Below, one piece after another: positions 46,601 to 59,000 of a DNA stretch of 64,000 nt. The notes beneath the pieces were generated by a model. It searched no databases. It was not told the DNA's origin and saw nothing but the letters and a program-made list of their open reading frames with translations. Position numbers and translations under genes: made by a program. The DNA is taken from contig OZ249442.1 in assembly GCA_965235115.1 (NCBI GenBank), positions 8,556,001 to 8,620,000 on the forward strand. Direction: 5' to 3'. Each line of letters starts with the position of its first letter. Position 1 is the stretch's first letter. This stretch comes from Laetmonice hystrix (lineage: Eukaryota).

Positions 46601-49600
46601 TACTTATACAGCGTACTTTGATTAATAGTTCTTTGCCACACCTGGTTTACTGCCTGGAACCCCATGCTTGGGGTAATCTCTATTAGAGACGGCCTAACGA
46701 GAGATCGCGATCGCCCTTCGTTTAGTAGGTGGACTCTTCTCAACTGTGAGTGCCGGCAATTTCCGGTAGGGGGCGCTCTGCTCAAATATATCCGCACGTA
46801 TGGACTTCTCAGGTGTGTTAAACATTGTGTCTTGTTTACCTAGGTGTAATGTGTAGTGTCCCTAGAATACGTACGAGTCAGACTGCATGAATACGTAATG
46901 GTAAGAACGATCTGTGCAGCTTTATTTTGAAAAGGCATAATAAAGATAAAACCTGCAATTTGGCGCCTTTAGGGAGTCAAGCTCCCGACATGCACTTGTA
47001 AGTTACCTGGCAAAATCGGCAAAGTCCGAGTTCAGTTAAAGCACTACAATGAAGAACTTTGCCCTGCTCAATAGAGCCAGCTTCGCCAATCTGTAGGCCC
47101 ATGTCTCTCAACCCGACTAGAGGGTAACCTCATACCAGTCTCTGTTTAAAGTGATTCGTTAATCCGTATGTTTCATAATCCGAACACATTATCTGGTATT
47201 CTACCCGTGTGTATTTAAAATGATTCAGCAATCCGTATGTTTCACAATTCGAACACGTTCTCTGGTCTTCTACCCCTGTGTATTTAAAATGATTCGGTAA
47301 TCCGTATGTTTCACAATCCGAACATATTATAAAAGGCACCAATCTTTTACAATGGGTCATTAAGTAAAGATAGTAAAAGTACGATAGTAAAGAATGAAGA
47401 TATTTCCTAACTTTCAATGCACACTACGGGGATGCCAGAATTACTCTTCCATAAAATGACATTTTTCACGAATCATACAAATATGTTTTACTACATCCAA
47501 TAATCTAACAAACATGTATTGAACATTCAGCCAACGCTTGAAACGTCACGCCAAGGAAATCCATCCGCTGACATTGCGATTTCGCGATTCTACTCTCGAG
47601 GCAGAATACGAGAATATGCGAGACTCCTCGTTCAAGTTTTACACATGGTGTGCATTTGTTATATTTGTCTTCATGGTCGTCGTCCAACTGCTCATCCTGG
47701 CCAAGTACGTATGCTCTTTTTTTGGTGGCGGGTTGTTTTCTTTAGGTTTATGAATATGGGAGAGGGGTACACTGGCATCTACATTTGTTCTGACAATCGC
47801 GCACACACAAATCAGAAACGGTAAATTCCCATCTTGGAATGTCAAGAAAAGCAGCGCATAGACCTACTACCCCTAGCAATAGCAGGGTTTGTGAACATGC
47901 GTTAAATCAGACTGAAATAAAAGTTGTAAGAGCTTATTTTTTAATCTTGGAGCAACTACCAGTCACATGGGGGGTGTTTCATAAACTGGTGTCGTTAGTC
48001 GTCATTGTCGGACGTTGACGACACTGGCTGGACGATCTTCGCCCGACCTGTCGTTCATTTCGTTTCATAAAATTTATCGTCCACAACAAATGTAGTTAGT
48101 AAGTAAATCGACGATTTTGTCGTCCGACACTTGCAAACGTCGTAGGTGCTGTCGTCAAAAATATAGTTGTAGTGTCGCACGATTCCACGCCATGTAACGT
48201 AACGATGGTATTGAGGAAGTCACGTGACCTCGAACATGGGTCTGAATATAGGGCTATAACTCAACAAAGGTGCAAGATAGAGTCAAACATACTATAGAAC
48301 ATGTATAGGAAGTCATATATGCTCTTTCATTATACACCATTATTTTTTAGGTCACGTGACCTATGACGTCATCAGGAGATGATCTATATATTCACAGGGC
48401 TATAACTTGTAAATGGTTGAACTTAGGGTCATAGTTACTACTGAACACTAATAGGAAGGCATATATATGCTCTTCTGTTTGGCACCAATTATTTTTTAGG
48501 TCACGTGACCTATGACATCATCAGGAGATTATCTATATATTCACAGGGCTATAACTTGTGACTGGTTGAACGTAGAGCCACAGTTACTATTAAATGCTAA
48601 TAGGAAGTCGCATATGCTCTTTCCTTTGACACCATTTTTTAGGTCACATGACCTAAGACCTTATAAGGATATGATCTTTCTTTTCTTATTGGTGTAACTT
48701 GTAAATGGTTGAAGATAAAACCACAGTTCCTAGTAAACACTGGTAGAAAGTCATATGCTCCTTCATTTATACATTATTTTTTAGGTCATCTATATTTTCT
48801 CAAGGCTATAACTTGTAAATGGTCGAACTTGGACCCATAGTTATTATTTAACACCAATAGACATATTTTAGGTCACGTGACCTATGACGTATGCCTGCTA
48901 TAACACAATGATATGACATAGGCCTAATACATAGGCCTAAGTTATAACCGTGTATGGTTGGCTCCGTGGTAGAGTGTAGGCGCTTTATGGCAGAAGTCTG
49001 GGGTTCGAATCCCAGCCGATACAAATTTTTTAATTTTTTATTTAATTCATCATTGTTGATTACTACTATAGTCATTATTTTACAGCAAGAAAAGAATTAT
49101 ATGTGTGCAGGGGTGGCGTAGTGACACAGTTTAGGAGGCCAGAGTTTATTTAATTTTTTTCCTGATATCCGACATTGAAATAATTATGTTAAAATTTTCA
49201 ATAAATCTTACATGCCAAACAGCTGGAAACACTACAGGTATTTATCAGATAGGCCTATATTAAAGTTATAAATTCATTACATACCTTTCCTTTTACATTA
49301 AACAATATATACTTATTCGTTGAATGACAGTTAACCCTCCACCTCTGGGGTCCTGTGCAGTGGTGCACTGCCCTCCCCTTTCATATGCATCACAATGCTC
49401 CACTGCAGATTGCCGATCAATTCTATATACCGTCTTAGAAACTGATGGACCGGGAAGTGGCCGATTGGGTCCAGACGCGGGTGGTATATTTTCGGCGCCT
49501 TATCTCTTCTTACTTCTACCACGTGCCCTCCTTCCGCCATGTTGAAGTTTGAAGTTTGAACCCACATATTGGGTTTCAAAAAGAGGCCCTGCGCCTCTTT

Positions 49601-52600
49601 TGAAAATCCTACGACACCCCCCCTGAGGTGTCGCCGGTTACCACAGTAATACTGTCGCACGATTCCTGTAGTTAGTCGTACGATTTCTTTTTGAAACAGA
49701 AAGTAACTACAATAAACCCATCGGTAGTTGTTTCTATCGTGCGACACTACAGTAATATTATGAAACACGACAGCATCGTGCGACACTGTAGTTAGTCGTG
49801 CGACTAACGACACCGGTTTATGAAACACCCCCATGGAGATACATACCAACATAATCATGTTAACTGTCAGTTACATGGAGATACATACCAACATAAACAT
49901 GTTAACTATCAGCCAGATGTATGTATACACATACCAACATAATCATGTTAACTACCAGTCACATGGAGATACATACCAACATAATCATGTTAACTACCAG
50001 TCACATGGAGATACATACCAACATAAACATGTTAACTATCAGTCACATGGAGATACATACCAACATAAACATGTTAACTATCAGCCAGATGTATACACAT
50101 ACCAACATAATCATGTTAACTACCAGTCACATGGAGATACATACCAACATAAACATGTTAACTATCAGTCACATGGAGATACATACCAACATAAACATGT
50201 TAACTGCCAGTTACATGGAGATACATACCAACATAAACATGTTAACTACCAGTCACATGGAGAGACATACCAACATAATCATGTAAACTATCAGTCACAT
50301 GGAGATACATACCAACATAAACATGTTAACTATCAGTCACATGCAGATACATACCAACATAAACATGTTAACTATCAGTCACATGCAGATACACACCAAC
50401 ATAAACATGTTAACTACCAGTCACATGCAGATACATACCAACAATGTTAATGGCAACAACTAAGACATTTGATGTCTTCTTGAGTCGTTTGTACTGGGGC
50501 CGAAAAGTACAAACATTCTCGGCTGGGGGATTTCGATCCTCGGGTCACAAATATCGCTATTCCGGTCAGATGTTGCTACTCGGTTCGTCGGTATCGATCC
50601 TCGGCTCGCAGATTTCGCTACTCGGGTCCAATGTTGCTACTCGGCTCGCAGATTTCGTTACTCGGGAAAATCTGTGACCCGAGTAGCGACACATGTGACC
50701 CGAGGATCGAAATTTTCCAGCTGAAAATGTTTATACTTTTCGGCCACAGTACGTTTGCCATATTTCTCACGCCCCTTGCATGAATGAAACGATTGTGGTG
50801 AAGGTCTATACCAGACGTGTAGGTGTGTGATACTAACCTGATCCCCTGATCCCCTGATCCCCTGGTCCGGAGAACAGGCGAATACTTGTATCTGTTTAAA
50901 CACCTTACGCCTCGAGATTTAGTAAGTTTTCTATTCCGGCAGACATATTGTGCTCTACGTTACCATGGCAACCATATGTCTCCTCTTCATACTGCTGCTC
51001 GTTTTCACCACGGGTCTCAAATGTCTTCCATGCTATTCCAAATTTTATGTAAGTTATTTCAATTTATTCTTCCCGTATATAATTCTGATATGAAAATCAC
51101 CGGATACCGGACCGCATTATTATTCCGATATTAGTTAACATGTTATGTAAACAACTTAACAGAATTTATTTATTATTATTATTATACCACCACATGGCTA
51201 CAACGCCAGCGTCCTTAATATTATACCCCATTGTTGCAGAGCCGTTGTCAGGAGTGGCTCAGAACGATGTCGGACATGTTAATCAGCAACAAATGGTGTA
51301 AAGTAACACTAAGCTTTGTCTCGTGCGGCATGATCTTTGTTGCTTCTACTCTCCCTCTATTCGTGAGTATGTTTGAGAAATAAAACTGGGAACTCACCAG
51401 CGCTGCAACACGATCATGGAAAGTTCTAACTGTGGTTTCCAGTTTGAGCGATGTTAAAGGTTTCATTATTACGATAAAGCAGGTGTAATTTTAAATATTA
51501 GACGTCAGTAGAATTTGTAGCGAAACTAAAGGTTTAGATTAACATACAAGTAGAACTCGCATATAACGGCCTTGCATATACCAGACGATCGCCTATAACG
51601 TACTGAAACTGGAAGTCCCGGTCCCGTCTAACGATAATTCAAATTACTGTATAGATCTATGCGTATGCATATAACAGACAAAAATCTCAGGTCTCAATCA
51701 GTACGTTATATGCGAAGTCTACGTATTTCATTGAACGGCGAAATAAATATCAGGTGAATAGTGTTGTAATAGTGGATAGTGTACTCGGTAATATATGACA
51801 AGGTTTGGTTAGAGATATGTGTAAAATGATGCCCCTTCGGAACAATAAGAACGCTAAGCTATATTCAGAACAATAACATGGTGTGATATTAGTATATGTA
51901 CTACTAGTATATGTGTATATTTGCAGCTTGATTGTCGAGGGCTGTCAGGATCTAATCAAACTGCGCCTAACACCACCGTGGCGAATGAGTGCGTGCAAAA
52001 TTTCCGTTGCTGCGTGTTTGCTCCAGTAAGGTTTTTTTTTTTAATCGTTTTGAATGCAATGAGTTTAAAAGTGAAAAAATACTCAAATGTATGTTCCTAT
52101 ATCAAAACAGAAGTCCCGAGCTAAAACTGTTTCTACAGACCGTGTAGAGATTTCCTTGTGACGTAGGTTTGTTTTTTCTTTGTTTCAGTACTATTTGTTC
52201 AGTTGCATGCTGGCTCTCATCTCATGCAGTGTATTCCTACGCATACCTTACGTCATCAAGACGGGTTACATGGTGCTGGGTCTTGTCGTGTTCAACACCA
52301 TGTCATATTACGCCTTCGATGAGCTCTTCAATCTCTATGACACTCTCATCAAGTACGTAGGGCAGATAAAGACATTCCCGCAGATTGTAGAGAATATCAA
52401 AAAAGTGACTTCAATTGTTTTTCATTAGGCGTAGCGTTTATTCCATTCTCACTGCTGCATTTTTTCGAGGTGGTTACCAACAAGGCATGAAGTCGCTGCC
52501 ATATTTTCTCGCTGCTTGCTATAGGGCATAGAAAAATATGTACGGAAGATGGCATCTGGCCATCAGCGCCCGAATTGACACTGATAGATAAAAACATGTA

Positions 52601-55600
52601 TATGTATGTTGATGGTTATTACTGTAATCCCCTTCATCACTTCTAAAGACCCCCCCCCCTCCTTTGTAACTTACTATAAAAACGAGGGCTCTGAGCAGTT
52701 CAGTGTATGGTGTAAACGGTGTTTATTATCCAGGCAACAATTCCTTGACGCCCGCCTCCGAGGAATACTCTACACTGGAGTACTGTGTGCCACGCTCATT
52801 GTTTTGGATAGACAGGTGACTAAGCCCTAAATTATAACAACCGTTGTCAATTGTGTATATTATTGAAATTCCGGTCAGATCGTGCATGCAGGAAATAAAG
52901 TAGAATGAACTGGGGGATAAAGTAGAATGAACTGGGGGATAAAGTAACATGAACTGGGGGATAAAGTAACATGAACTGGGGGATAAAGTAACATGAACTG
53001 GGGGATAAAGTAACATGAACTGGGGGATAAAGTAACATGAACTGGGGGATAAAGTAACATGAACTGGGGGATAAAGTAACATGAACTGGGGGATAAAGTA
53101 ACATGAACTGGGGGATAAAGTAACATGAACTGGGGGATAAAGTAACATGAACTGGGGGATAAAGTAACATGAACTGGGGGATAAAGTAACATAAACTGGG
53201 GGCACAAGGATCCAGAGCATGAAGTTCTTTTGCATATTTGCCTTTATATTTTTGGTAGATTGGAAAGAACCTACGCCTAGATTTCCTTTGCAAGCTACGA
53301 ATCAAACAGGACAAAGAGGAGGTTCGGAGAAACGAACTTCTCAACGAGCTTCTCCTGAGTAATATCCTCCCTCGTCACGTGGCGGAACACTTCACCCGGC
53401 CTGACCGCGGGAAAAAGGTACGCAACACACTCCAGGGGCGGGTTAGGGGGCGTGGCTGGGGGCGTGGCTGGGGTGTGGGTAGGGGGTGGGGGCGGGGCTG
53501 GGGGCGGGGCTGGGGGCGGGGATGGGAGCGTGGCTGGGGTGGGTCCGGGGGTGGAGCTGGGGGCAAGTCTAGGGTGAGCCCTAGGATGAGTATAGGGGTG
53601 GGTCCTAGGAAGGGTCTAGGGGTGGGTCCAGGCGGGTCTAGGGGTGGGTCCTAGGGGTGGGTCCAGGCGGGTCTAGGGGTGGGTCTTAGGAAAGGTCCGG
53701 GGGTGGGTCCTAGGAATGGTCCGGGGTGGGTCCTAGGAAAGGTCTGGGGGTGGGTCCTATAGGAAGGGTCCAGCGGCGGGACCGGGGTGGGTCTAGAGGT
53801 GGGTCAGGGGCAATCAGGGGCGGGTCTAGGGGTGGGCCCTAGGAAGGGTCGATAGGGCTGGGTCCCAGGAAGGGTCCGGCGGCGGGTGCGGGGCGGGTCT
53901 AGGGGTGGGTAGGGGGCGGGTCTAGGGGTGGGTCCTAGGAAGGGTCTAAAGAAAGGGTCCAGTACCTACTTACAGAAACATGACCGCAAGTCCAATAACG
54001 CAAAATCGATTGTGAGTCATTCACTGCACTAGATCTCAAGTATAAAAATATGATTTTTTATAATATTGATTGACCTTAATTTGCTATGAACTTTTAACAG
54101 TAATGTCAACAGCATCTGGTGAATTTATCTTCAAGCCGGCCCAATATGCAGATCTATACAAGCTTAGCCAAATACTTTAATCACTGGTCAATATTAGTTT
54201 TGTGGATGTGGCATACTCATTGCCAACGATGATAAGTGACCTCATGCAGCGATCGTTTTGATAGGAGCTCTACCACGAGAGATGCCACGACGTGTGCGTC
54301 ATGTTTGCTGCCATTCCCAACTTTAACTTGAAAACCTTCTTCTCCGCCATCGGCGTGACGGGTAAAGAATGCCTGCGACTTCTGAACGAAATCATCTCAT
54401 CCTTTGACAAGGTATGTCTATCGATTCACTTAATTGTGATTTGTTCTCACTGACGAGCAACGTGTTTTATCACAGCTCCTGGGCCCGGCTTTTTTGTTTA
54501 CTTTTCCACCGTGAGCAAGGGTGAGCATGAGCTAATGCTGACTGTTTTGCTGACCGTTTTCTTTTTTTTCCCGTGAGCTTGCTCACCGTGAGCATGCCTC
54601 ATGGGGGAGGGGGGGGGGACAAAAAAACACGAAAACGCACAAAACGGGCCCAGTAGTTACAATGCTGCCTTCTGATTGTAACGTGGGCCCCAGATGTCCA
54701 CGATATGGACTCCTGTAATATCAGATTATCATAGCCTGGTCCCCTGTCATAGAGCGGGGGACCAGGCTACAGATTGCCGCGCACCACAGACTGACGCGCC
54801 CCCTGTCGGTGACTGTAACTGTGATAAAATCGTTATTTTAAGCCAGCGAGTGTGCTCTGTTGTTCAAGTGGAATTACTTATTTTAAGCCAGCGAGTGTGC
54901 TCTGTTGTTCAAGTGGAATTACTTATTTTAAGCCAGCGTGTGTCCTCTGTTGTTCAAGTGGAATTACTTATTTTAAGCCAGCGAGTGTCCTCTGTTGTTC
55001 AAGTGGAATTACTTATTTTAAGCCAGCGAGTGTCCTCTGTTGTTCAAGTGGAATTACGTATTTTAAGCCAGCGAGTGTCCTTTGTTATTCAGCTTAATTA
55101 TTGCATGCCTCTACCCCCAGGAGGGTCCCTTTTGCATCATCATACAATTATGAATCATCATACAATTATGATCGCAGTAACCTGAAAACGACTACTACTA
55201 CGAGTACTACTACCATTGCAGTGATAGCTTATATTAGACCTTGCATGACGGCGCGATGGTAAGAGGGTAATATGCCGAGGTAATAAGCCGGCAGCGTACC
55301 TGAGGGCGTTATCACGGCATAACAAGTTAAGCAACCATTTGCTCACGACGCTAGCGTGTTCTAGTTGAGTATATTGTACGGGACTAAGCCCAATGATGTG
55401 TGGAGCCAGCCTGCAGTAAGCACCGCCGATGTGGACTGCATTATGATTGTGACTGCTGCTATACGACTTGATTACAAGTCACGAAAGCTTAGTATACACA
55501 ATAAACCGGTATTATGGCAACAGTGGACACGATATTGTGGATAATGTGGCCACCGCAAAGTTAACAGGTCGACGTTATTCTGGTTACACCTTGTCTTTGC

Positions 55601-56006
55601 CATTTCTCTCTTTNNNNNNNNNNNNNNNNNNNNNNNNNNNNNNNNNNNNNNNNNNNNNNNNNNNNNNNNNNNNNNNNNNNNNNNNNNNNNNNNNNNNNNN
55701 NNNNNNNNNNNNNNNNNNNNNNNNNNNNNNNNNNNNNNNNNNNNNNNNNNNNNNNNNNNNNNNNNNNNNNNNNNNNNNNNNNNNNNNNNNNNNNNNNNNN
55801 NNNNNNNNNNNNNNNNNNNNNNNNNNNNNNNNNNNNNNNNNNNNNNNNNNNNATCCATCACGTGTGAAGGGAATTATGTAAGTCCACCGGAAGGAAGGTC
55901 CGCCTGGATTCCTTGGTTATGCAGCTAGGTCACGGTATTGTGGATAATGTGGCCACCGCAACGTCAACAGGTCGACGTTTTTCTGGTTACACCTTGTCTT
56001 TGCCAT

Positions 56007-56045
<39 letters not shown>

Positions 56046-59000
56046 CTCTCTCTGGAGACACACAGATATAGAATTCCTTGGTTATGCAGCTAGGTACTAG
56101 GTCATCAGCTTTGTCGTATAAGGCTGGGTTTCCATAGAAGCTCACGCTTCACGTGTCACGGTTCACGGTTCACATTCTTGACGGTTTCCACCAAGTTGAC
56201 GTTGACGTTTCACGTCAGAGAAAACGAGCAAGCTCGTTCATTGATTCCAGCGTGACTCGTGACATGAGGGTCAAGACTGATACGTGAACGCCTATGGAAC
56301 CTGCACTTTGAAAATGAATGGTACATTCTTCTATTCACGCGTGAAGCGTTAACTTCTATGAAAACCCAACCTCAGACAATTTAATTTAAGAAAATACAAA
56401 TGGATTAGGGATAAGGTGAGGATTAGGGATAACGTTATGAAGAAATACTTAAAAAATACAACATCACGGACTTCACGTCCTATAGGAATGCAGGTCCGTC
56501 GGACTTAGACTTCAGGGATACCAGGTCCGTCAGACCTGCATTTCAGAGGGACTTGGATTCCTGTCCCACTGGCAGCGCTGTAGAATGTGAAGTATGTGAT
56601 AACGGCTTCCATGCCCTAACTGACCGTATTTTGTGTCTGTTTGAATCAGATGCTGGTGATGAGACAGTTTGATGGTGTCGAGAAGATTAAGACAATAGGG
56701 AGTACATACATGGCGGCTGCTGGCTTACAACATACAGCTGACACAACTGTGAGTATATGCTGCTGTTTACTATACCTTCAATAGGCATGCTGCTGTATAA
56801 TATACCTTCAATAGGCATGCTGCTGTTTACTATACCTTCAATAGGCATGCTGCTGTATAATATACCTTCAATAGGCATGCTGCTGTATAATATACCTTCA
56901 ATAGGCGTGCTGCTGTATAATATACCTTCAATAGGCATGCTGCTGTTTACTATACCTTCAATAGGCATGCTGCTGTATAATATACCTTCAATAGGCATGC
57001 TGCTGTATAATATACCTTCAATAGGCATGCTGCTGTATAATATACCTTTAGTAGGCATGCTGCTGTATAATATATACCTTCAGTAGGCATGCTGTTGTAT
57101 AATATACCTCCAGTAGGCATGCTGCTGTATAATATACCTTCAATGGGCATGCTGCCGTATAATGTACCTTTAATGGGCATCCTGTGGTATAATATACCTC
57201 AAAGGCGCTGCTGTATAATATACGTTCAATGGACATCCTGCGCTATAATATACGTTCAATGGGCATCCTGCGCTATAATATACCTTCAATGGGCATCCTG
57301 CGCTATAATATACCTTTTGACATATCCAACTTTCTAGGCGACATAATCTGGTTGTGTGGCGGAGATAGTTCTGTGTATAATGAATAATTCAGTTATATTC
57401 CTGCATGTTTTCACACACAAAAAGTCGCATGTAAAGGAAGTAAAAACTTGGGTTAATGAATCCTTGTCGGAATTATATTTTCAAGGATGGTTTATTTTTT
57501 CTAGGACGAAGAGCGAGCAGCAAAGAATGCAGTAATAATGGTGCGGTTCGCGTTCGCAATGATGAAGAAACTGGACGCCATCAGTAAAGATGCTTTCTAT
57601 GAATACAAACTGAGAATAGGTAAGGAAATCCATCCTTTGTCTGATTACAGTGTGTCAGTTAACAGTGACTGTTAAACAGAAGCAGGGTAGACTAATTGCA
57701 CAAAAAGAAACTGACCAACCTAATTTTCTTCGGAAAAAAGAAAACCTATATTAGCAACGGAGTTAAATATATATCCAGTGCACGGAGACATAATATGTTT
57801 GCAGAATGGTTTCAATGATATCCATTGTTGCAGTTTTAGCCGTCCAGTTAGACAGCCTGTATTTAAGGTTGTTAGCTGTTCTCCGTTGTCAGCATTTTTA
57901 GCCCAAACATTTTTAATTTCAGTACAAGTCACACTGTTGAAATACATATTGCTTATGTTCTGACATTCATATTGTGTTATTGTTGTCATAATTGTTTTTA
58001 ATACCCAAAAAAATATTTAGGTGGGTCAGTTTCTTTTTGTGCACCACATATATAGCCAATGAATGTGACAACGTAATCATCTGATAAGAGGCCATAAATA
58101 TGAGGAGCATGAGGACATAGACTAGTTGCTATATTATTTAAATCTTCCTTTGTCCCTACCACAAACCAAGGATTAAACCCGCAGAGGTAGACCACGGCCT
58201 AACCCTAACCTATAACCACTTTTTCCTTTTGGGTGCATTTGCCGTTTGAATCGAGACCTATCCCACTGTGTCAGAGTCCCGTTTTGGACCTTCCCCCTTT
58301 TCCTTTTTTTCAATCAGCCCCACCACACCTTTTTGTTAAATACCCAGGGTCCGACCACCTTTGAATGGAACTTGCTCCTTAAAAATCGGTATCAATATGT
58401 GTGTCCATACACAGGTCTCAATCATGGCGAGGCTGTGGTCGGCGTGGTCGGAGCCTCCAAACCTCAGTACGACCGTTAATTACGTTATGTGTGTCCATAC
58501 ACAGGTCTCAATCATGGCGAGGCTGTGGTCGGCGTGGTCGGAGCCTCCAAACCTCAGTACGACCGTTAATTACGTTATGTGTGTCCATACACAGGTCTCA
58601 ATCATGGCGAGGCTGTGGTCGGAGCCTCCAAACCTCAGTACGACCGTTAATTACGTTATGTGTGTCCATACACAGGTCTCAATCATGGCGAGGCTGTGGC
58701 CGGCGTGGTCGGAGCCTCCAAACCTCAGTACGACCGTTAATTACGTTATGTGTGTCCATACACAGGTCTCAATCATGGCGAGGCTGTGGGCGGGCCTCCA
58801 AACCTCAGTACGACCGTTAATTACGTTATGTGTGTCCATACACAGGTCTCAATCATGGCGAGGCTGTGGCCGGCGTGGTCGGGGCCTCCAAACCTCAGTA
58901 CGACCGTTAATTACGTTATGTGTGTCCATACACAGGTCTCAATCATGGCGAGTCTGTGGTCGGGGCCTCCAAACCTCAGTACGACCGTTAATTACGTTAT

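Larger units (their letters stand above)
47970..49832. mobile_element. 1.86-kb TIR element (PIF/Harbinger-like), 3-bp TSD ATG, with nested repeats
   Basis: TIR GGGGGTGTTTCATAAACTGGTGTCGTTAGTCG / CGACTAACGACACCGGTTTATGAAACACCCCC, ATG on both flanks. Confidence 0.75.

Noticed and set aside
48953-49020. Functional tRNA gene
   Set aside because: It has A/B-box-like motifs, but I could not fold a convincing acceptor and anticodon stem, and it lies inside a transposon.
49833-50450. 205-aa His/Gln/Tyr-rich repeat protein
   Set aside because: It is the translation of a 42-bp intronic minisatellite whose unit length is a multiple of 3. There is no splice or other coding support.
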